A DNA stretch of 63,452 nt, the filler included, from Rhabdomonas costata (taxonomy: Eukaryota), in the NCBI GenBank assembly GCA_019059605.1. It is 50 parts of 50 records of this genome, joined end to end, with 100 filler letters (N's around TTAATTAATTAA, not from the genome) between each part and the next. Parts side by side here need not be neighbours in the genome. Positions count along the whole stretch, not along the records: positions 48,304 to 49,474 come from JAHMHO010025176.1; positions 49,575 to 50,745 come from JAHMHO010025177.1; positions 50,846 to 52,016 come from JAHMHO010025178.1; positions 52,117 to 53,287 come from JAHMHO010025179.1; positions 53,388 to 54,558 come from JAHMHO010025180.1; positions 54,659 to 55,829 come from JAHMHO010025181.1; positions 55,930 to 57,100 come from JAHMHO010025182.1; positions 57,201 to 58,369 come from JAHMHO010025183.1; 42 more parts are not named here. One strand, given 5' to 3'. The first letter of the stretch is position 1. Each line of letters begins with the position of its first letter. Of this stretch, positions 49,234 through 58,980 are shown in pieces. A program made the position numbers and the translations under genes. Below the pieces are notes generated by a model. The model had not been told where the DNA came from and ran no database searches. It saw only the letters and a list, made by a program, of their open reading frames with translations.

Positions 49234-52167
49234 GTCTCCTGTGTGCCCGTCCGTGGCTAGAAAGAGGAGAGAGCTGTGCTGTTGTTGTCCTCATCCATCA
49301 TCGGTCCCCGGAATGGCTCGCGTGGTTTGAAGGTGTTTTCTAATCATTGGAATATCGGTCACGAAAAGAGTTACCACTTCGAAGTACGAAGTGCCCTGAA
49401 GGGACATATGGGCATTTCGTACTTCGAAGTGGTAACTCTTTTCGTGACCGATATTCCAATGATTACAAAACCCCNNNNNNNNNNNNNNNNNNNNNNNNNN
49501 NNNNNNNNNNNNNNNNNNTTAATTAATTAANNNNNNNNNNNNNNNNNNNNNNNNNNNNNNNNNNNNNNNNNNNNGGGTTTGTTTCCTACTTTGAAGTGTT
49601 CAGCTCTTCCGTGTTCTTGTGTTAATAAAACGGACGTTGGGGGGAGGGAGTAAAACTGCTACCACACGTTGAAGAAGACTTTATAAAGGCCCTTCAGGCG
49701 ACGTTCCCCGCTTCGCTTCCAAAAAAGAACGCTGTGCCATTCGGCCGCTGGTTCAGTCCTTTCCCGAATCACATGCTGACGTGCCGAAACTTAAATGCGA
49801 TTTCGAGGGTGCTGGGATCGCGTTCCTAACCAAATTGAATTTTAAGATAACAATCGATAGGCTGTTTTACCGGTGTCACTCGGTAAGTAGTCGGTGAACG
49901 CTCAGAATTGGGCCTTGACATGCGGTTCAGTGTTTGTAAACGTCAATGATCTGTCCTCTTTAGTTCGAGTTTGACGTTCCCTGAAATTGCCTTCTGTGTC
50001 TCGAGAGGTGCTCCAATGAAGGCATTGAAAGGGTGAAGGTAAGCGGCAGATGAAGTGGGGTGCACCTGGAACCGGGTTGGACCTGGACCAACCACACCAG
50101 ATAAGTGAGGGCAGTTGACACACACAGCACATGAATCCCCTCCTTCGAAGAACCAGTTCCTGCTCCCTGCTCGTCCAGGTTCCCCAGATAGAAATTGCCT
50201 TGCCTTTTTCAAATGCACAAGTTCAAGTGAATGTGAGCAAATTGGGTCTCGTGTGTCGTTTGGCAGAGAGTTTGCCCGGACCTCTGTTGCCACCGACCAG
50301 AGGCCAGGCTCCCGATGCCCTTTGCTTCGGCGGCGTCGAATCCCCTCCCTTGGAGCACGGAATCTTTACCCGCCGCGGGTTGGGACTGTCCTCGCCCATT
50401 GGTTTGCGCTTGGTGGCTTGGTGGTTTTGTGGGACTGGTGATGAGATCTTCTGCCGTTGGTTGATAGTTGTCTCGAAGGTCTGTCGCTAATTGATCAACA
50501 AAAATTAGCTAAGTGTTTTCTTTCATGGTTTCTGCACCTAACGAGAACACGAAACCGCACCCAGGGAAGAGGGCAACGGGCAGTTACAGATCAGAGGCCG
50601 GTTCGACAGAGATCCGTAAGAAAGAATGCAGAGACGTTGACTACGCAACAATACTCCACGAATCAAGGAAACAAGAATTACATTGCCCCCGAATATCATC
50701 TCATTTGCACAGCAGTGGTGAACGCAGGATCGGCCAACCCACCCCNNNNNNNNNNNNNNNNNNNNNNNNNNNNNNNNNNNNNNNNNNNNTTAATTAATTA
50801 ANNNNNNNNNNNNNNNNNNNNNNNNNNNNNNNNNNNNNNNNNNNNTGTGTTGGGTTTTTTGGGCTTGGAATTTTGCCCCCTTTCCCGGCCTCCCGGTATA
50901 GTGGAATTTTCCCCTAATATGGTTTTTTTAATTCCTGGGTCATGCCCTTTCAGAAAACCACAGGACAGCCAAGGGCGTTCTGGCGATAGACTCCCAGCCG
51001 GATGTTGTAGGGAGCAAGCCCTGCTGGATCTCATTTCCCAGAGTTTCGTTGACGGGGGAATCCCCTTCCTGGTGGCAATTGGCCACATGCCTTTGGTGGC
51101 AAGCCGATGGTCTCTGCACTCACCCCGTGTCCTTGAAAGTTCTCACCGTCGGTCTCCCCGTATGTATGATGTATGATGAAAAATAGTCGGCCATAGTGAC
51201 GGCTCCTGGTTGCGGGTCGCCACCTTTAGCTTAAGTCGAATGGGGGAGCCTCCATGTCGGGGAGGTGAGAAAACGGCCCTCCCTAGGCCGGTCGATCTCC
51301 CAACGCCTGCCCTGACTTTGGGGACGTTTCCGCTGCTTAGGGTTGTCGGTGTACACGCCACCAGGGGTGGCAATGCTGGGTAGTCTGTGTGGGTCGAGCG
51401 AACCGCCTTGGGTCTCTCACACTCCCAGGTTCTGCGAGCCCGGCAGGGCCGCCTTCCTTGGAGGTAGGCTCTGCCCGGTTGCAGAGTACACGTCTCCGAG
51501 GGCGTTGGTTTGGTAGTAAGGTTCGCCAGCGCAGCGCACGCCTTCTTCCGCATTAGGGCCCCCAGAGTCGCTCCTCAACGCCACCAGATGAGGCGCTGTC
51601 CGGGGAGCAGCTCTGGTGAAGTAAACGGGGATAGTGGGGGCCTCCGCCTCCCACTGGGCTGGGGAGGAGCTCCGGGCTCCGAAGTTGGGGGTCGCGTCAG
51701 GGTGCTGACGTGGCGAGTGCCAACCCAGCGGGCTCGCTCAAGGCGAACTGTAATGAAATAGTCAACCCGCTCTTTGCTCACCCCCCTCCCTAGTCAGAGC
51801 TCCACGAGCGGGGGGTGGGGGTGGATTAATGCAAGTCGAGATGAACGTCTCAAGGCACACATCAAAAAAAGTAGAGAGGGGTGAGCTGCGGAAACCCTCC
51901 ATCAAGCAAAGCAGACATGGCACTGCAGTTAATAATAGCTCATGCTATCATTATTTCTATCCTAAGAACAGTAGTTACGAGCAACCACGATAAACCAGTA
52001 GAGCGGAGTGGGGTTTNNNNNNNNNNNNNNNNNNNNNNNNNNNNNNNNNNNNNNNNNNNNTTAATTAATTAANNNNNNNNNNNNNNNNNNNNNNNNNNNN
52101 NNNNNNNNNNNNNNNNGGTGTGGTGTCAGTATGAAAGTACTTGGTTCTGAACCCTGTGTCGTCGCGT

Positions 52168-53283
52168 CTATTCGTTGATCCAGTCTTCTGCTGGCTGCAT
52201 CTGGATGGGCGCGCATAGAGGACCATCAAAGTAGATGGGAGTTGGCTTTTTAATGGCTTCTGCGATCAGAGCACTGAACATCGCTGATTCATCCATCGGT
52301 TCTCGCGACAGCGCATCAGAGGGTGAGTTAAGTCTCCCCGGTATGTGGGTAATATTGAGCGAGAACGCCTGTAGTTTTTCTAGCCATCTGATTTGTCTGG
52401 GTGCAGGGCGGGGGGTTGTAGTTACATGAGTGCGGAGTTGTAGGTATAGACGTGCACTTCGGCACCCAGTAGGTAATGACGCCATGCCTCTAGAGAATTC
52501 ACCAAGGCTAGCATTTCTTTTTCATGAACCGGTTAGTTCGTTTCTGCGTGTTAACGTTTCCGATATCCGCAAACAACAAGCCGTATGTCTCCTTTCTCGT
52601 CGTGTTGTGACAGGGTTGCGCCGACACCAATTTCTGAAGCGTCACTGTGGAGAATAAGTGGCTTGGACAAATCATTAGAACGGGGTGTTTGAGGAGTCGG
52701 CGTTTGAGTTCATAGAACGCTTCGGTTTTTCTCTCCCCACTGCCAATCTTGGTGCTTCTTCATTAGATCCTTTAGGGGCGCTGCAACGGTAGAGTAGTCG
52801 TTGGTAGAAACCACAAAGGCATAAGAAACTTTTCACGTCAGTGGGGTTGCGAGGGGTTAGCCAAATGTGGACTGCTGCCAGTTTTTCTGGAATGTGGCGG
52901 ACACCTTCGCGTACAACGATGAAACAACAGTACTTAACTCCCGGTTGACAGAAGGAGCACTTCTCCGGGTTGGCAAAGAGATGGTTCTTGTCAAGTCGTT
53001 CGTACACTTGTCGGATGGAGTGCAGGTGTTCCTCAAGCGCGTTAGTGAAGATTAGCTTATCGCCAATGTACGCTTCGGCAAAATCACTTAGATCGGACAG
53101 GACAAAGTCCATCGTCTTTTGAAAGGTAAGTGGGGCGTTACACAACCCAAATGGCATGACCCGGTAGTGAGACGTGACATACTTAGTCTTAAAGGCAGTA
53201 CGGTGAACGTGATTCGGGTACACTCGGATTTGGTGAAATCCAGAGTTGAGGTCAAGCTTGGTGAAGTAGCAAGCCTTCCACAC
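52168..53283 (-). mobile_element. Degenerate Ty3/gypsy Pol (RT + RNase H)
   Basis: FTKLDLNSGFHQI..RTAFKT..VMPFGLCNAP.TFQ..YIGD (YxDD mutated)..KCSF; RQIRWLEKLQAF..ITHIPGRLN..SDALSR; frameshifts. Confidence 0.95.
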
Positions 53284-53531
53284 AACCNNNNNNNNNNNNN
53301 NNNNNNNNNNNNNNNNNNNNNNNNNNNNNNNTTAATTAATTAANNNNNNNNNNNNNNNNNNNNNNNNNNNNNNNNNNNNNNNNNNNNTTGTTTTTTAAAG
53401 ATTTTAGAAAACGAACGGGAAGTAAAACCAAGACCGTTGAAGAAGAAATAGAAGCGATCAAGAAAAAGAAGGTTTACAGCAAGGGATATATTATTAGGAA
53501 AAATTATTATTATTAGGAAAAAGAAACTTGA

Positions 53532-53851
53532 GGAACTGCGGATGATGTTTGTCAACATGATCAAACGAGAAGATGTGGTGACTGTGACGAAATAAAACCC
53601 CTTAGTGAGTTCTACGGAAAGAAGGTTGTCATATGCAGAAGTTGCATAAGAGAAATCAATACCAGAAATTCCCGCGTGAGGGAAAAGAACGCGCAAACAC
53701 AAGTAACCTGTGAATGTGGGGCAACTGTTCTTAAAAGGGGGTTTGCTCGGCATAAAGGTCCAACATTCACACCAAACTACTAAATAAATCTGAAAATGGA
53801 GTTCACATACCCCATTTTAACTTTTACAACAATATAAAAAATCTCAAATAG
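53532..53851 (+). pseudogene. Zinc-ribbon + CECG-type C2H2 finger protein (one frameshift)
   Basis: RRCGDCDEIKPLSEFYG..ICRSC...VTCECGATVLKRGFARHK, frame change, then SNIH. Confidence 0.65.
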
Positions 53852-53856
53852 TATAA

Positions 53857-54230
53857 ATGATAGAACATTGCGGAAATTGTGAAGCAACAATTCAAAAAAC
53901 ATTGTATGGTTTGTGATAGAGCAATATGTCTGAAATGTGATACATATTCAAAACATAATGGACACAAATATTTTTTATACTGTGAGGAATGTACAAAATT
54001 TCAATGTTTTTTTTTTACGTTGTAAAGGTTATCTCGAAACGTGCTTGATCTGTCATACCTTATTTTGCGTAGTTTGTGATGATGGAGCGGTAGAAACGGA
54101 ATATGACGGCGACATTGCCTTTTGTCGGAAACATAGACCATTAAGAGTAGATGATTTATATTTATAGCTTGTCAAAACGTATAATGAAAAATTAACTCCC
54201 GAGGAAATAAGAACAAAATTATTATATTAA
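53857..54230 (+). pseudogene. CxxC-repeat Cys-rich protein (homopolymer frameshifts, internal TAG)
   Basis: MIEHCGNC..CMVC..ICLKC..YCEEC..TCLIC..FCVVC..FCRKH. Confidence 0.6.
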
Positions 54231-54425
54231 ACTATTCTATATATGAATTGCGTTGCTACAAATACTGATGCGCTGGTTCTAGTAAAAAGAAGTAAAATAA
54301 TTCAGCTCTATAATGAATTAATTGAAGCAAAAATATAGCATTACAAGATCGAAACAAACACTGAAAAAATAGAAAACATAAAAAGTAAAATACTAGAACT
54401 CATAGCACTTTTAGAGAAAGTATAA

Positions 54426-54461
54426 AAATAATAATTGATGACAAACCATCAATTTTTATTT
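54426..54461. terminator. AT-rich hairpin between convergent stop codons
   Basis: 15-bp stem with one mismatch (AAATAATAATTGATG / CATCAATTTTTATTT), 6-nt loop; + strand TAA ends at 54425, - strand TAA ends at 54473. Confidence 0.6.
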
Positions 54462-55077
54462 AATTAAACTATTTATTCAGACCCAAAATTATATCTACCA
54501 TTGTTACAACAGCCACCGTTACAACAACCTTCACATTGTTTCATCATTTGATCAGTAANNNNNNNNNNNNNNNNNNNNNNNNNNNNNNNNNNNNNNNNNN
54601 NNTTAATTAATTAANNNNNNNNNNNNNNNNNNNNNNNNNNNNNNNNNNNNNNNNNNNNTGTGGTGGGTGTGGTTGGGGTTGTGGGTTCCATCTCGGTGTG
54701 TCTGTGTGAGTATGCGTGTGTGAATTAAAGAGGAGGAGTGCGGCGGTATTTGCACAAGGCTATGTTGTCAAGCAACTGTCCACGCAGGAGGACAATGCAG
54801 AAAGGGAAGCGGGAACTAGGAGAGAACAGTGGTGCAGCGTATAAGCAAGAATAACCATCTGGTGCGCAACGAATGAAAAGGAATGGTCCAGACGGAGGGG
54901 AGGGGAGGGGGGATCGCCAAGACCATTCTCAGCAAAACGTTAGGTTAAATATGTGCTTTCCCAAAAACGCGGGAGGGTAGAGCGCAGGGCAAGAAAGGCG
55001 AAAGTGGGTTGGGTAAGGAGAGGAGGAGCGGAAAGGAGGAGAGGACGAGGAAAGGAGGACAGGAAGAGCCCACATGC

Positions 55078-55261
55078 CTGTGGCACCGCTGCGGGACGAG
55101 CGCGGGGAGCGAGACCGCGAGCGGGAGCGGTTGCTGCCCACGGAGAACCGCCGTGCCGCCACGGGCTGGATCAGAATCGTCGGCGAGGTCCATGGGTCGC
55201 ACGACCCCGGAGAGATGGGCTCCGGTGCCGAGCCCTCCGTGGCAGCAGGAATGGACTCCAC
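55078..55261 (-). CDS. Exon with RS-rich segment, unknown protein
   Basis: VESIPAATEGS...RSRSRSRSPRSSRSGAT; CTCTCTAG acceptor; probable CAG|GC donor. Confidence 0.65.
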
Positions 55262-55982
55262 CTAGAGAGTTGGAGGGAAGGACAGGTATACCTTGGGGAG
55301 GGTACACTGTTGAACGTTTTTTTTACACCTGAAGTGGGATAGGTTCATTTGGGATGGGAGGGGGCAGAAGCTAGCGTCTCGGCGGCCTAGTCGGTAATTT
55401 CCATTGGGCAGGAGGGTCGGGGGCGGACAAAAAAAACAAACAATCAACCAATTAAACTTCCAACGAGCAAAACGTATTTCGATTAGTTGTATTCTGTATT
55501 CTCCTAGAAAGGAAGTTAGCAACCACCGCAATAGAGTGTAGGAAAAGGGATTGCGTGTGTGTCCATGAGGTAATTCTAACACAAAGGGCCATTCTGCACC
55601 TCTCATGTGTACATGCACGCTTGAGCTGGGCTCCTTGGCTGGGGTTATGAGGAAGGCAATGAAATGCACCTGCGCCCCGTATGCGAGCGTTACGCAGTCC
55701 TGTCGCTGCCTTATGACAGCATACATGCTGGTCAACCAAAACGACTAAGCAAACGGTCTGAGCAGGCGTATTGAATTCCCTTTAATTTAAGGTGTAACAT
55801 TGTTCAACAACGCTTAACACCTCCCCAAANNNNNNNNNNNNNNNNNNNNNNNNNNNNNNNNNNNNNNNNNNNNTTAATTAATTAANNNNNNNNNNNNNNN
55901 NNNNNNNNNNNNNNNNNNNNNNNNNNNNNGTTTGTTGGTCAGTTCGACAGAGCATGTCACAGAGATGCGCAGCGAAGGAGAC

Positions 55983-56157
55983 CTCAGAAGTAGGCGTCAG
56001 GCTATCGCCTTCCAAATCCACGGGAGGACTCTTCACCACAGGTGTGGTTGGGGAGCTGCGATGAACGATTTCACGGCTTTTGCCAGATTTTTGATGAAGC
56101 TGCGGCTGTGGCTGCTGCGGTTGTGGTTGTGGTTGCGGTTGAGGGTGAGGTTGTGGC

Positions 56158-56192
<35 letters not shown>

Positions 56193-57100
56193 TCTGACCG
56201 CGGAAGACGGCGCTGCGGCGGGGGCAGCCTTTCTGGGACTGAGAGTCATAGGTGCCTTCATTTCGGGTCCCACCCGGGGGCGCTCTTTGGCGGGCCGTGA
56301 AAGCTCCGGAGGCGCAGAATCCGTGGTGGCAGCAGCTGTAAAGGAAGGAACCTCCCGCGAAACAGCGGGTTTTGCGTGGACGCGCTCTGGGGTCGGCCCC
56401 TTTTGGACGGTGGTGGTGGGCGGAGACGGTGCGGAGGGGGCGGTGGAATGAGAGGCAGGCGCTGCAGGGGTGGGTTTGACTCGTACAGCCTTCGGTGGGG
56501 AGGACGGCAGCACTTTCAGGGTGCCATGGCTGAGTTGCTAAAAGAAAAGCAGCGCAATAAACAAGGCCAGACCCCCCCCCCCGAAGGAGGCATATAAGTC
56601 ACCAACCAAGAGACGGTTCCCCTATCAACGAGACCTCCGCGAACTTGCGTGCTGTTGTCGAACCTCAAGAAGACACTAAAAGACAATACAATAAACAAAA
56701 TCCACATCTAATATACTCACGTAATGTAGCAACAATCCTCCAACGCACCACCACCGCGCACGCCCCAGCTGCACCCGCTGAAATCTGCATATAATCATGC
56801 ATCCTTCAAGACGAAACAGACGAAACGCCTGCTTTCCATCACGACGGAGAAGGACGGAGCGTTAACTATTTAAAGAGCGACGGTCACAGGCATCTGGAGG
56901 TGCAAGTGCACAGTCGATATTCAGTTGGTATTCAGTAAAAGAGCCAGCCAGCCGAACAGGAAGAACGTCCTGACCTGGGGGATCCTCTTCAGCAGCGGAG
57001 TTCCTCCCTCCGCCGACTCTGGCCTTGCCGGGCCAGCCCCGCTCGATGCCACACCAGCAGGCCCACTGATCACCACTGTGGCCTTTACCCCCAAAGGGGG
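55983..57100 (-). CDS. Low-complexity Pro/Gln/Ser-rich protein; exons from contig start to 56975, and 56537-55983
   Basis: ...LLKRIPQ|QLSHGTLKVLPSSPP...polyQ and PQ repeats...TPTSE|GT; phase 0 joins. Confidence 0.7.
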
Positions 57101-57380
57101 NNNNNNNNNNNNNNNNNNNNNNNNNNNNNNNNNNNNNNNNNNNNTTAATTAATTAANNNNNNNNNNNNNNNNNNNNNNNNNNNNNNNNNNNNNNNNNNNN
57201 TTTTGTTTATTTTTTGGGTTTTGGGTTTCTCCCGCAGGACACGGCTCCCCCTGCCACGTTGTCCTATCCCTTAACCTTGGAGAGGTAGGTTCGGACCGGT
57301 GCCCGGGGTCACTGCGCGAGCGGGAGTTTTTTTTTTTTGGGTTGTGTGTATGTGTCGCTCTCCCTCCCCCTCCTCGCTTT

Positions 57381-58369
57381 TGGCTGCGGGATCACCACTG
57401 ACTGCTTCGCTGGATACCTCCGGATGTGAAACGGGTACTCCCATTCTCGATCGTAGAGCGCTGTACGCACTTTCCCATCTTGTTCGTATACCTGGATCCC
57501 GATATAGGTGACGCTTGCTCCTTCTCCGGTTGTTGTGTAGCGCATGCCATACTGGTCTTCTGAGGGAATCGGTGCGGGGGCATATAGGTCGTCGAGAAAT
57601 CTACAATTTGTCATCGTCCGGAGTTCCGCTTGCTTCACGAAGTCCCTCTCGGCCACGTAACAGAAGATGTTTGACAGCTGTGGCGAGGGTGAGATCCCAA
57701 TTGGGATTCCTTTGATTTGCCTCCTGATGGTGCCCCCGTTAACAATGTAGCAACGCCCCAGGACCCAGCGGAGGATTTGCACCACTTTCTTTATTGGCCA
57801 CGAGGTAATCGCATCTTCGTTTCCCCCAACTATCCATCCCTCGCGCGTCACTTCGAGTTCTTCTCCGTTCACTCCTCTTTTTTCGGCTTCGAAGTCACGC
57901 GCCTCTCTGAGGGCCTCTTCGACTCTCCTCAGCAGCTCCGCATGCGGGATATTGGTGTACATGTCCCGGAAGTCTACTGTCCTGAGTGGCTTCCTGCGAG
58001 TTTTTGTTGCTGCAGTCGGATCCAACCACCAAAATCCTGAACACTCTCCACTATCCAGTAGGCCCGCTTGCCCGTCTCGGTGAGTCTGCGCTCGTCTTTT
58101 CGCCTTAACCAGGCAAGCGCTGTTTGCAAGATCTCGGTCAACGCCTCCTGCGGCTCTGCCAACGGCTGTTTCGGCTTCCCTTTGTGCTTCTGCTTTTTCG
58201 TGCCGGCTTCTGCTCCTGACCTGACACCCACAATTGGGCGCCAGCGCTTTTTCTTGGACTTGTAAATGCCATAGAGATACGGCACTCCGTCTCCCAGTGT
58301 TACTTCCTCTTTCTCCGCTTCCCGCCTCATCTCTTCGCGTAGCTCGTCCCAGGTCTTACTCTCCTCTTC
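57381..58369 (-). mobile_element. Penelope-like element reverse transcriptase (Naiad/Chlamys-like), one frameshift, 3' truncated
   Basis: PYLYGIYK..RWRPIV; YWIVES; TVDFRDMYTNIPH; QIKGIPIG..SPQLSNIF; RFLDDL; TALYDRE.EYPFHIRRYP. Confidence 0.85.
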
Positions 58370-58494
58370 NNNNNNNNNNNNNNNNNNNNNNNNNNNNNNN
58401 NNNNNNNNNNNNNTTAATTAATTAANNNNNNNNNNNNNNNNNNNNNNNNNNNNNNNNNNNNNNNNNNNNTGTTGTTGGTCAACAATTGAAGCCC

Positions 58495-58980
58495 CAACAT
58501 GAACGCATGAAGTCAACACCTTCCATAGTCCCTATCCCAACACCAGCCCCGACGAACCCCGACGGAGCACCACCCATGAACGCATGAACCCCAAGACCGA
58601 TGCAACCCGACACCCGAAGGCCTCGGGGTAGAAATGCACGTTGATGGGGTATGGTGGGCTCTTGGTACCCTAGACACCTAAAAGCCACCCAGGGGGACCT
58701 CCTATACCCCGGGATGTGTGTCTACCCCGGTGGGCTTAGGGGCACCGATGGACCCCAGACACCTACCCTACCCCAGAAGGCCTCCAAGACCCCTCCATGA
58801 CCTGGGGGTATGGGTGCGGGTAAGAGGACCTAGGGGCATCAAGGGACCCAAGGGACCTAGAGACCCTCCTACCCCTGGGCTCCAGGACCCCTCCATGACC
58901 TGAGGGAGATGCTAACCCAACCCACCTACCTGCATCCTACCACCTAAGGGACCTAGGCACCCTCCTACTAAATCCTCCAA
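58495..58980. repeat. Low-complexity CCTA/ACCC-rich satellite-like region with internal repeats
   Basis: GACCCCTCCATGACCTG x2, GGACCTAG x3, CATGAACGCATGAA x2. Confidence 0.6.

Larger units (their letters stand above)
53388..54558. mobile_element. AT-rich DNA-virus-like fragment (NCLDV, virophage or Polinton-like), decayed
   Basis: Composition far more AT-rich than all other contigs; dense intronless short ORFs with zinc-binding motifs; convergent stops separated by a hairpin. Confidence 0.6.

Noticed and set aside
57201-57400. Hammerhead ribozyme next to the Penelope-like RT
   Set aside because: No CTGANGA...GAAA core with flanking stems on either strand
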